Below the pieces are notes generated by a model. The model did no database searches and was not told the DNA's origin. It worked only from the letters and a program-made list of their open reading frames with translations. 64,000 nt of DNA, taken from assembly GCA_000997385.1 (NCBI GenBank), contig LCBT01000004.1, forward strand, positions 8,002 to 72,001, in the 5' to 3' direction. How positions within the stretch are numbered: position 1 is the first letter of the stretch; every line of letters begins with the position of its first letter. Shown one piece after another: positions 9,293 through 17,830 of this stretch. Origin of the DNA: Candidatus Daviesbacteria bacterium GW2011_GWA1_41_61 (GTDB lineage: Bacteria > Patescibacteriota > Microgenomatia > Daviesbacterales > UBA10151). The position numbers and the translations under genes were made by a program.

Positions 9293-10255
9293 TTAATACT
9301 GGGGGGTTTGGTTGGTAGGTGTTTGGGGAGTGGGAGGTAGAGTGGTTTCAGAAGAGGGAGCAGTAGGAGCAGGGAAAGAGGAAGAAGGAAGGGAATAAGT
9401 GGGTTGGGGAGCAGGTGAAATCTCAGGTGGAGTATAGGAAGGTTGGGAAGAGTAGTGGCCAGAAAAATCATTTAATAGATCAGCTACCCCTTTTTGATCT
9501 CCCGAGGGAGGTGCAGCGCTAAAATTTGTCTCAGATGGTGCAAATGGTGCAAACGGTGTTTCACCAGGCTGGGGGATAGTAGGGCTGATTGTTGTATCTT
9601 GCGGAAGCTGAGATATTTGTAAAGCAGGTTCTGCAGCTGGAGGAGTCTCTAGTCTGGGAATAGGCTCTTTGGCTATCTCCTGCAGATCTTCTTCTAAGGT
9701 ATCTGAGGCCTCAATTTTTTGTAAGACCTCATCAACAGGAGTCATCATTTCTGCAAACCGCTTCTCCTCTTCCTCTTTCCTTCTCCTTTCTACCTGCTCG
9801 TCAGCAGTAGTTTTAAACCTTTTAAACTGTTCCTGGGTTAAGTGCATATAAGCTAATATAATTTTTTCACTGCAGCCGTCTCTTATATCCTGAAGATTGG
9901 TAAAAAGCATGATATAAAAATCCTGGCCGGTCTCCGGTTGTTTACTGTGGCTGATTTCGACATGGTACTGTTTAAGTTCCATCCGGTAATGATCTTCAAT
10001 GGCGCTGGGATCAAATTGAGCTAAATCAGTATGATTAACCAGCAGTTTATTTTGATTGATCAGCTTGATCAGTTGGGAGAGATATTTTTCTGCCTTGGCA
10101 GAGTCACCACTGGGTGGAGGCAGATGGGCCATTTGAGATTTATCTTTGGGGTTGGAAATATCGGGCATTGGAATTATCTTACGAAGGTCAGGGCAAAAAG
10201 TCAACGGCAATAGTGCTATAATTTCGTAAGAAATTACTGTTCCGCATCCCGACAT
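9293..10255 (-). CDS. hypothetical protein with Pro/Ser/Thr-rich C-terminal low-complexity tail
   Basis: N-terminal about 190-aa globular part with acidic coiled coil, C-terminal about 120 aa P/T/S/Q-rich; true start may be the internal Met (MPDISNPKDK). Confidence 0.5.
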   Translation of the reverse strand: MSGCGTVISYEIIALLPLTFCPDLRKIIPMPDISNPKDKSQMAHLPPPSGDSAKAEKYLSQLIKLINQNKLLVNHTDLAQFDPSAIEDHYRMELKQYHVEISHSKQPETGQDFYIMLFTNLQDIRDGCSEKIILAYMHLTQEQFKRFKTTADEQVERRRKEEEEKRFAEMMTPVDEVLQKIEASDTLEEDLQEIAKEPIPRLETPPAAEPALQISQLPQDTTISPTIPQPGETPFAPFAPSETNFSAAPPSGDQKGVADLLNDFSGHYSSQPSYTPPEISPAPQPTYSLPSSSFPAPTAPSSETTLPPTPQTPTNQTPQY

Positions 10256-10305
10256 ATATCAGGAGAGGACTATAATTTTTCCTGAATTGACAGGATTATT
10301 ACCTT

Positions 10306-10944
10306 ATGCATACTGTGGGCCAGATTTTAAAAGAAACAAGAGAAGTCAAACTTTATACTTTAGAAGAGGTAGAAAAAGCGATCAAGATTAGAAAAGAACT
10401 TTTAATAGCCCTGGAAAAAGATGATTACTTAAAGCTTCCTCCCCCCACCTTTGTTAGAGGTTTTATCAGAAACTATGCCAAGTTTTTAGATTTGGATGGA
10501 GAGAAGCTGTTGGCTATCTATAGGAGGGAATTTTCCGAGAAAAAACACAAGCCTTATATTATGGATGCTTTTGTTAACCCAGTTAAAAAAAGGAAGCTAG
10601 ATATTACTCCCAGTAGGGTTTTAGGAGGGGTGGTATCTTTGATGATTATCACCTTTTTTGTTTACCTTTGGTTACAGTACCGCCAGTTTATTGGTCCTCC
10701 ACCGCTGACTGTGATCTCCCCTTCTGATCAGTTGACCACAGATAACCCCACGGTGATGGTGGAAGGCAAAACTGATCCGGAGGTGGTGGTGATGGTCAAC
10801 AGTCAGGAGATCCCAGTAGACAGCAGTGGAGAGTTTCAAAAGGAGATTACTTTATCCTCTCAAGTAAATAAATTAACTATTGTGGCTACTTCCAAATTTG
10901 GGCAAAAAACAGCACTTGAAAAAGTGGTTTATCTTAAGAGATAA
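10306..10944 (+). CDS. rodZ: RodZ-like cytoskeleton protein (XRE HTH + TM + C-terminal domain)
   Basis: N-terminal LGQILKETRE...IRKELLIALEKDDYLKLPPPTFVRGFIRNYAKFLDLD matches RodZ HTH region; single TM; C-terminal beta-rich domain. Confidence 0.6.
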   Translation: MHTVGQILKETREVKLYTLEEVEKAIKIRKELLIALEKDDYLKLPPPTFVRGFIRNYAKFLDLDGEKLLAIYRREFSEKKHKPYIMDAFVNPVKKRKLDITPSRVLGGVVSLMIITFFVYLWLQYRQFIGPPPLTVISPSDQLTTDNPTVMVEGKTDPEVVVMVNSQEIPVDSSGEFQKEITLSSQVNKLTIVATSKFGQKTALEKVVYLKR

Positions 10945-10954
10945 TAGTAGAAAT

Positions 10955-11254
10955 ATGGATATTTTGCAGTTATCTTTAGTTTTTCTAATTTCTTTAATTG
11001 CCATTTTGCTGGCCTTTTTAGGTACTCAGTTTTTCTATGTTTTAAAAGACTTAAGAGTTTCTTTGCAGAAGTTAAATAAAATTTTAGACAGTACCGGCAG
11101 TATTACTGAAAACATTCAAAAACCAGTAGAGGCAGCAGCTAATCTAACTTCTGCAGTTGAGGCAGGGGTGAAAGCTGTTAAAATGGGGATTGAAGGAAGT
11201 GAGCAGGTTAAAAAGCTTTTTAATAGAGACCACAAAGAATTTAAATCAAAGTAG
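10955..11254 (+). CDS. small membrane-anchored coiled-coil protein (DUF948-like)
   Basis: Start moved to ATG 10955 just after rodZ stop; N-terminal TM then coiled coil; ends overlapping alaS convergently. Confidence 0.4.
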   Translation: MDILQLSLVFLISLIAILLAFLGTQFFYVLKDLRVSLQKLNKILDSTGSITENIQKPVEAAANLTSAVEAGVKAVKMGIEGSEQVKKLFNRDHKEFKSK

Positions 11255-13151
11255 CATAAATTCTTCTTACTCCTGATCCAGCTGATTCTTCTTTGGTAAT
11301 ATTAAGGTGTCCTAACTGTGAGGTGTTTTTAACATGGGGTCCACCACAGATCTCTATTGAAAATGGAAATCCTTCGACTCGCTCCGCTCGCTCAGGATGA
11401 CTGTTTCCACCGATGGTGTAAACAGTCACTTTATCCCCATATTTGGCTCCAAACAACCCTAAAGCGCCTAATTTTAAAGCCTCTTTTTTATCCATCACCT
11501 CAGAGGTAACTGTTAAGTTTTCCTGAATTTTTTGATTAACCAAATTTTCCACTTGTTTACTCTGTTCCTCAGTTAATTTTTCCGGATGAGAAAAATCAAA
11601 CCTTAATCTTTCCGAAGTTATATTACTGCCCTTTTGAGTAACATGTTCTCCTAAAATCTGTCTTAAAGCAGCGTGAAGCAGGTGAGTAGCAGTGTGGTAT
11701 TTAATAGCTACTTCGGATTGATCCACCAAACCTCCCTTAAACATTCCCGTCGAAGCAGTCCTGGACAACTCCTTATGCTTTTCAAACTCAACCTGAAATT
11801 CTTCTTGATCAATTTTTTGCCCTTTTTCAGCCAGAAGTTCTTCAGTGACTTCTATTGGAAATCCATATGTTTGATATAAATCAAAAGCATTTTTGCCGTT
11901 AACTTCGCTTAGTTTTTCAATCTCTTTAAAACCTTTGACCAAAGACGAACCGAATTTTTTCATTTCTTCAACGATCGTTTGGTGTAACTGTTCTTTAGTC
12001 TGCAAACTGTTTTTATTAATAGAAAATAACCAATCATACATTTCTAGAATTCTGTCACATATGGTGGTAATTTCTTCTACAAACTTCAGATCTCCAGTTA
12101 GTTGATAAAATTTAATGGCTGATCTTCTAAGTAATCTTCTTAAGATATATCCTTGTAGTTTATTAGAGGGAAAAACCCCATTAATAATGAGAAATGTAGC
12201 ACCTTTTAAATGGTCAGTAATAATTTGCATAGAAGATCTATTATCGGTATATTTTTTGTTTGTTACTTTTTCAATTTCTTCTATAATTGACCAGAAAAGA
12301 TCAATTTTAAATACATCAGCATCTTTATTTGAGACAGCAACAAGTCTTTCTAATCCGCCTCCAAAATCAACATTTTTATTGGGTAACTTTTTTAAAGAGC
12401 CATCAGCTATTTTTTTGTACTCCATAAAAACAGAATTTCCTATTTCTAGAAAATGTCCACAGTCACAGTTGGGATGGCAATATTTTCCATATTTAGGATC
12501 ATGCTTTATTTCTTCAAATTCATAAAACATCTCTGAGTTGGGACCTCCTGGTTCTCCAGTAGGCATGGCCTCAATACTTCCAGTTCTACTCCACCAGTTT
12601 TTCTTTTGGTCATAATAAAAAATTCTCCCTCCCTGCATCCCTACCTCTGCAGCATACTCTAAAGAATCTAAGGCTACTTCTTTAGCTCCAACATTTTGTT
12701 GAGAAAATAACTCCTTCCAGATTTGGACAGATTCGGTATCTTTGGGAAGATGATATTTTTCATCTCCAGCAAAAACAGATACATAAAGTTTATTTGGATC
12801 AATACTAACCTCCTTTATCAGAAATTCAAAAATCCAAGGGAGCTGTTCCTTTTTAAAGTAATCTCCTAAAGACCAGTTCCCCAGCATTTCAAAGAGGGTG
12901 GTATGGCGGTTATTTCCAACATCTTCAATATCTTGGGCTCTAAAACATGGTTGAGAATTAACTAATCTGGTTCCTTCAGGGTGTTTCTGCCCTAAAAGAT
13001 AAGGAACCATTGGTTGCATCCCTGAGGAAGTAAAAAGAGTAGTGGGATCGTTTTCTGGTACTAGGGGAGCAGAGGGGATAACTTTGTGCCCCTTTTTAAT
13101 AAAGAAATCTAAATATTTTTGTCGGAGTTCCCTTGATGTCATATGAACCAA
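11241..13151 (-). CDS. alaS: alanine--tRNA ligase, compact form without C-Ala domain
   Basis: Class II catalytic core (FTSSGMQP, CFRAQDIEDVG), tRNA-recognition (FLIINGVFPSNKLQGYILRRLLRR), editing-site zinc motifs HTATHLLH and CGGPHV; ends at ...GVRRIYATLI, 636 aa. Confidence 0.9.
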   Translation of the reverse strand: MVHMTSRELRQKYLDFFIKKGHKVIPSAPLVPENDPTTLFTSSGMQPMVPYLLGQKHPEGTRLVNSQPCFRAQDIEDVGNNRHTTLFEMLGNWSLGDYFKKEQLPWIFEFLIKEVSIDPNKLYVSVFAGDEKYHLPKDTESVQIWKELFSQQNVGAKEVALDSLEYAAEVGMQGGRIFYYDQKKNWWSRTGSIEAMPTGEPGGPNSEMFYEFEEIKHDPKYGKYCHPNCDCGHFLEIGNSVFMEYKKIADGSLKKLPNKNVDFGGGLERLVAVSNKDADVFKIDLFWSIIEEIEKVTNKKYTDNRSSMQIITDHLKGATFLIINGVFPSNKLQGYILRRLLRRSAIKFYQLTGDLKFVEEITTICDRILEMYDWLFSINKNSLQTKEQLHQTIVEEMKKFGSSLVKGFKEIEKLSEVNGKNAFDLYQTYGFPIEVTEELLAEKGQKIDQEEFQVEFEKHKELSRTASTGMFKGGLVDQSEVAIKYHTATHLLHAALRQILGEHVTQKGSNITSERLRFDFSHPEKLTEEQSKQVENLVNQKIQENLTVTSEVMDKKEALKLGALGLFGAKYGDKVTVYTIGGNSHPERAERVEGFPFSIEICGGPHVKNTSQLGHLNITKEESAGSGVRRIYATLI

Positions 13152-13185
13152 TTATATATCATTTTTCGTTCTTACATTTGTCTGC

Positions 13186-13731
13186 TTGACTTTTACTATG
13201 GGTAGTAGTAAAAACTTCATAATAGTTATGAATGAAGTAGTTTTTATCACCGACCATTGTCATACTGGCCATTTAAAAGCAGCTTCGTACGAACTTAACA
13301 ATCGAAGCCGAGATATTGCTGAACAATGTGTTTATCGGATAGGGCAAGTAGACCCAGTGAAAAGTCCAAAACATATCTCTCTTAATCTAAGACTTGCGGT
13401 AAGCCGGGGAAGTCTTCCTGAAAAAGATAAGGAGAAGTGGCAAGGAGCTGAAAAGGAGTTAGTAAAATTAATGAAGACAGCTCATATAATGAAGTCTCTT
13501 ATTCGAGCCGAGATGAGGTTGGGGGAAATGCTGCAAGAAGTTCCGCAATTTTTATCTTTTCAAGAAGCTTTTTTATATTTTAAGTCTACTAGTTGGCGAT
13601 TGGACTACTTACTTTCTTCTCAAGCTCGGCAGAGACTGGACTCTGCGCGTTTGGTTTCTTATTCTTTCCTAGAGAGCTGGGTTTTAAGAAGGGCAATTTT
13701 TGAGGGAATCTATTTTACACAACCATCTTAG
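13186..13731 (+). CDS. doubtful hypothetical ORF in an 840-bp low-coding region
   Basis: 181-aa ORF with no SD and no family resemblance. Confidence 0.2.
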   Translation: MTFTMGSSKNFIIVMNEVVFITDHCHTGHLKAASYELNNRSRDIAEQCVYRIGQVDPVKSPKHISLNLRLAVSRGSLPEKDKEKWQGAEKELVKLMKTAHIMKSLIRAEMRLGEMLQEVPQFLSFQEAFLYFKSTSWRLDYLLSSQARQRLDSARLVSYSFLESWVLRRAIFEGIYFTQPS

Positions 13732-13994
13732 TGTTTTACTAAATAGTGCTTATCTCTCTTTTTTCGAGATTTCGGATTAGTTCAATAACATAATGAATAG
13801 TGAGGCCTTGTTTTTTGGCAATTTGGTGTTCCAATTTGGCTCCAGTGGACTACTCCCAACGATGGTCATATGAGCCGCAGATGAAACGGGAATTTACCAA
13901 ATACCTCAAAGACGTTTAGACGATCCCTGTTATACTTGACAACATCTTCTTTTAAGCTTTTACTTAGAGTATAGAGGGAAAGGGGGTGAGGTAA

Positions 13995-14501
13995 ATGCAA
14001 GTTAGTAAATTTTTCCCCATTCCTTTACTGGTGGCAGTTATAGCCTTTGTTTATATGTGGGCTGCTGCTCAATTTAACCTAATAGGTTGGATAGCCTTTA
14101 TTACCTGGGGTGGATACTTTCTCTCAGGTGTTAGTTCTAAAAGTGCTGTCAGGGAAGCCATTAGTGTCTCCCTGGGTATTATTTTGGGGGCAGTTATAGT
14201 TCTTTTGGCCACTGCCCTATCCTCTAGTTTAGGTACCTTAGCTGTTCCGATAATTGTAGCTGTAGCAGCTTTTGTCATTGTCTTTTTGGAGCTTGTCCCC
14301 TGGTTTGATATGGCTCCAGGATACTTTTTGGGAGCGGCAGTTTTCTTTGGAGCTGGAGCCAAGCCGGATATGGCAACTATCACCGCAGCCTGGATTCCAG
14401 CAGTTGTGGGTATTGTCCTAGGAGTGTTGACCGGTTATCTGCGGGGGTTGATCTTGAGTGCTCAGGGAGCACAGGATACCTTAAAGAAGGCAACAGCTTA
14501 A
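13995..14501 (+). CDS. small 4-5 TM membrane protein (possibly DUF1097-like)
   Basis: Strong SD agggggtgagg; hydrophobic Gly/Ala-rich helices throughout. Confidence 0.55.
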   Translation: MQVSKFFPIPLLVAVIAFVYMWAAAQFNLIGWIAFITWGGYFLSGVSSKSAVREAISVSLGIILGAVIVLLATALSSSLGTLAVPIIVAVAAFVIVFLELVPWFDMAPGYFLGAAVFFGAGAKPDMATITAAWIPAVVGIVLGVLTGYLRGLILSAQGAQDTLKKATA

Positions 14502-14586
14502 AAAGTTAAGGTGTTTTACTTTAGACAAGCCTCTCCATTTAATATGGGGAATTTGTCGTTGTTAAAAATTAAATTCTCTTAAAACT

Positions 14587-15936
14587 ATGGATACAAAAGA
14601 AAATAATCTTCTAACCAGTTCTCCAGCTGCGCTTAAGGCTACTAAAGTCCCCAAGTCTGTTGACCCTCCCCAAAAGACGGCAGAAGAGAAAGCTCCCCAG
14701 CAGGAAGACCGGGAAATAGAAGAACAGATTAAAGCTGACAACAAAAAGGTGGTGCATGCTGTCAGGATAGTGGTAGAAGCAGGGATGATTAGCGCCTTAT
14801 ATTTAAGTCGGAGTCCTTATTTCTTACCTTTGGCGTTGGTTATTACCCTTAACGAAGTTATAAGCCAGACCTTAATTTACCTTGCTAAGAGTAATCAGCT
14901 CATAAAAAAAATTACACCTTATGTTTATATATTTACTTCCATCAGCACTATTTCTTCTGTAGCCTATTTTACTGGGTGGGTGATAAATGATTTCTATTTA
15001 ATTTATTTAATTCATGTCTCCTCAGCTACAGTAGGGTATGGTTTAAAAGTGGGCCTGGTGAGCTTTCTTTTAGCTGTTGCTACCTATACTAGCTTACTGC
15101 ATCTGTATCAGGCTCCGTCTTTGACTTATCTGCGTCTGCCCATCCTCTCTATTTTAGTCTTCAGGTTATTGGTGACTCAAAGAAGATATGAAAAAATTGA
15201 AGGGTTGTTAAGTAATGTTTTGAATATTGAGAAAGCCAAAGGGGATTTTATCTCTATTGCCTCTCATAACCTAAGGACACCAGTCGCAGCCATTTATGGT
15301 TATATTGATTTACTTTTAAGAGGTGATACTGGCAAGCTGGGCCAAGAGCAGTCAGATTATGTTAAAAAGATTAAAAATAATAATACTGAACTGGAAAGGT
15401 TGACGGAACAGTTGTTACAGATTTCTATTTTAGAAGTGGGGAAGGAGGTTAATTTATTCAAGCAGCCCAGTCAGATAGAAGTAATCATTGAGGGGGTGGT
15501 GGATAATTTTGCTCCCGTAGCTTCAGCTAAGGGTGTGGAGATTGTATTTAAAAAGGAGAATTATCTGCTGTCTTTGGTGGATATAGATGTGGAAAAGATC
15601 AAAGCAGTCATTTTAAACTTAATTGACAATGCCGTAAAATACACCGATAAAGGGAAGGTCGAGATTAAAGCTAAAGAAGAGGGAGATTTTATAGCTGTTT
15701 CCGTTACCGATACTGGCAGCGGTATCTCCAAAGAAGATTTACCCAAACTGTTCACTAAATTTTTCCGCTCCGGTAATATTCTAGTCTATAATAAGGTAGG
15801 TACAGGACTAGGCCTTTATTTAGGAAAGAAAATTGTTGAACTTCATGGTGGGAGTATCAGGGTAGAGAGCGTAGAAGGAGTGGGTTCCACATTTATCTTT
15901 ACCATACCCATAGCCAAAACGAATAACTTCTTATGA
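14587..15936 (+). CDS. sensor histidine kinase with polytopic N-terminal membrane domain
   Basis: H-box IASHNLRTPVAAIYGY, N/G boxes (LIDNAVKYT, GTGLGLYLGKKIVELHGGSIRVES); several TM helices N-terminally. Confidence 0.85.
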   Translation: MDTKENNLLTSSPAALKATKVPKSVDPPQKTAEEKAPQQEDREIEEQIKADNKKVVHAVRIVVEAGMISALYLSRSPYFLPLALVITLNEVISQTLIYLAKSNQLIKKITPYVYIFTSISTISSVAYFTGWVINDFYLIYLIHVSSATVGYGLKVGLVSFLLAVATYTSLLHLYQAPSLTYLRLPILSILVFRLLVTQRRYEKIEGLLSNVLNIEKAKGDFISIASHNLRTPVAAIYGYIDLLLRGDTGKLGQEQSDYVKKIKNNNTELERLTEQLLQISILEVGKEVNLFKQPSQIEVIIEGVVDNFAPVASAKGVEIVFKKENYLLSLVDIDVEKIKAVILNLIDNAVKYTDKGKVEIKAKEEGDFIAVSVTDTGSGISKEDLPKLFTKFFRSGNILVYNKVGTGLGLYLGKKIVELHGGSIRVESVEGVGSTFIFTIPIAKTNNFL

Positions 15937-16556
15937 TGTATCTAATAGGGGCATTTTTAGCAGTTTCTATCATTACCTTGGAGATAATACTTTTCCAAAA
16001 GAGATCTTTTTATAAAAAAAATGTCTCTTTAATACACCGCCTTAATAAAAATTTAGAAATTCTTAAGGCTTTATCATTTCTCACTTCTTCCAAGGCCTCC
16101 TCTTTATCAGAGGATTTGCAACAATTGGCAATTTATTTTTCCCCGCAAGATTTATATCAGGATTTTACCGTAGTCTTATTAAAAGATACAGGAAAAGGTA
16201 TAAAGGGGGTGTTGAGATATCATTATAATCAGTCTTTGGAGTCAAAGCCAGAGATTAAGGAAGACTCTACTTTAACCAAAGCTGAAGATTGTTATTTAAA
16301 TAAGATAGAGAACAATTTTTCAGTAGTTGGCGACTCCTCGTCCTCTGTTTATCCTTTGGCAGCGCTGTTCCCTCTAAGATATTCCTCCCAAAACTGGGGA
16401 GTTTTAATGGTTTTTGCGACTAATGATTTTTCTAAACAGGACTTAGATTTTCTTAAGGCAGTGTCAGGTGTGGTCGTTTTATTGCTGAAAAAATTTGAAT
16501 TTAGACAGTCTTTGACAGACGGCGAGCAAGTAGCAGGAGTAGACCAAGAATGGTAA
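15933..16556 (+). CDS. membrane-anchored GAF-like domain protein
   Basis: N-terminal TM, degenerate GAF-like C-terminus; ATGA overlap with the kinase gene. Confidence 0.4.
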   Translation: MMYLIGAFLAVSIITLEIILFQKRSFYKKNVSLIHRLNKNLEILKALSFLTSSKASSLSEDLQQLAIYFSPQDLYQDFTVVLLKDTGKGIKGVLRYHYNQSLESKPEIKEDSTLTKAEDCYLNKIENNFSVVGDSSSSVYPLAALFPLRYSSQNWGVLMVFATNDFSKQDLDFLKAVSGVVVLLLKKFEFRQSLTDGEQVAGVDQEW

Positions 16557-17188
16557 TATTTTTGACCTTGGGTTTAGTATGGCTGATAATAGAGTTAGTC
16601 CGGGTATTTCTCCTATGGAAGAAAAACCGAAGAGCTCTGTCTGCTTTGGTGAAGAGTCAAGAAGAGCTAGGTTACCTCTCTTTTATCTTTAGCGAGGTTT
16701 TTGCTCAAAAGTATCCGGTGGAGGTGATTTTTCCCAAGCTGCTTAATCGCCTCAGGGAAAGCCTCGGTTGGACTTATCACAGCATTTTCCGTCTGGATGA
16801 GGAAAGGCAACTAATGATAGTCCGTTTTACTGGATACTTGCCTGATTGGTATATGGAAAAGTTTAGTACCAAGGTGTTGGTAAAAGTGGGCGATGCTGCC
16901 ATCGGCAGGGCAGTGTCCACCAGCCAACCGGTAATTATCAATGCTTCAATTGTTGATCCCCGCTTCAAAAGCGTTACTCAAGTAGCCCAGCAAACAGGTT
17001 ATAAATCCTTAACTTGTTGCCCGATGATTGGCAGGCTCAAAGTATATGGAGGTTTTTGTGCTTATAGTCAGTATGAGAATATCTTTACCCTTCACGATAG
17101 CCAATTTTTATTAACTTGCGCTTATCTTTATGGAGCCATCTTAGAAACGATTTTATTGCAAGAATATCTGAAAAAGAAGGATAAATAG
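16550..17188 (+). CDS. membrane-anchored GAF domain protein
   Basis: VGDAAIGRAVSTSQPVIINASIVDPRF resembles GAF ligand-binding core; 7-nt overlap with previous gene. Confidence 0.6.
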   Translation: MVIFLTLGLVWLIIELVRVFLLWKKNRRALSALVKSQEELGYLSFIFSEVFAQKYPVEVIFPKLLNRLRESLGWTYHSIFRLDEERQLMIVRFTGYLPDWYMEKFSTKVLVKVGDAAIGRAVSTSQPVIINASIVDPRFKSVTQVAQQTGYKSLTCCPMIGRLKVYGGFCAYSQYENIFTLHDSQFLLTCAYLYGAILETILLQEYLKKKDK

Positions 17189-17247
17189 CCTTAAGACCTT
17201 AAGATTAGACCTTGACACTACAGGTAAGTTTGTATATCCTCTAATTA

Positions 17248-17634
17248 ATGGATAATTCATCATCTAATAAGAAAAAGATTCTCATCGTGGAGGATGATTT
17301 TTTTATAAGAGACTTGTATGAGATACAAGCTCGTAAAACCGGTTATGAGGTGGTAACTGCCACTGACGGCGAAGAAGCTTTGGCTAAAGTAAAAGAGGAG
17401 CTTCCCAACCTGGTTATTTTGGATATTATGTTGCCTAAAATGGATGGGATCAGTGTTTTAAAATCCCTTAAAGCGGACGGGAAGTTGTCTGGGATTCCTT
17501 GTGTTTTGGTAACTAATCTGGAAGACCCTCTTAAAGAACGGGAAGCTATGCAGGAGGGAGCAGCAGCCTATTTTTTAAAGATTAAAACTACTCCGCAACA
17601 ACTTATCGGCACTGTAGCTCAGTATTTAACTTAG
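17248..17634 (+). CDS. stand-alone response-regulator receiver (CheY-like)
   Basis: KILIVEDDFFIRDL ... LVILDIMLPKMDG ... receiver fold, no output domain. Confidence 0.85.
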   Translation: MDNSSSNKKKILIVEDDFFIRDLYEIQARKTGYEVVTATDGEEALAKVKEELPNLVILDIMLPKMDGISVLKSLKADGKLSGIPCVLVTNLEDPLKEREAMQEGAAAYFLKIKTTPQQLIGTVAQYLT

Positions 17635-17654
17635 TGTTTGGTTTACAATCCTTA

Positions 17655-17732
17655 CTTAAACCCCAATATTTCTGTATTCAAATACTACAGGAGAACTATT
17701 TTAAAGTAACTTTTATCTTCTTGGGGTTTAAG
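17655..17732. repeat. perfect 12-bp inverted repeat (cttaaaccccaa / ttggggtttaag) separated by 54 bp in the intergenic region
   Basis: Read directly at 17655-17666 and 17721-17732. Confidence 0.7.
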
Positions 17733-17830
17733 AATATTGAGTTTAATGGTAAACTTAGTTTAGTAGTATGTTGACGGTGTTAGTGTGGCTTTTAGTAACT
17801 AGGGCCGAGGAGTGAATTTTAACGGCAATA

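Noticed and set aside
9274-9471. 65-aa minus-strand ORF overlapping the 3' end of the Pro-rich gene
   Set aside because: Alternative frame of a low-complexity Pro/Leu-rich region; spurious
11673-12525. Three plus-strand ORFs (68-136 aa) inside alaS
   Set aside because: Antisense to a highly conserved AlaRS reading frame; low-complexity translations; spurious
13152-13450. T-box leader upstream of alaS
   Set aside because: No AGGGUGGNACCGCG T-box sequence near the start codon; the only weak match is about 250 nt away
13390-13870. Possible RNase P RNA on the minus strand (cccggcttaccg resembling the P4 3' strand ACAGAACCCGGCTTA; agtccactggagcc resembling GGAAAGTCCGGGCTCC)
   Set aside because: The two candidate P4 strands are not complementary to each other and other universally conserved RNase P nucleotides are missing; most likely chance similarity
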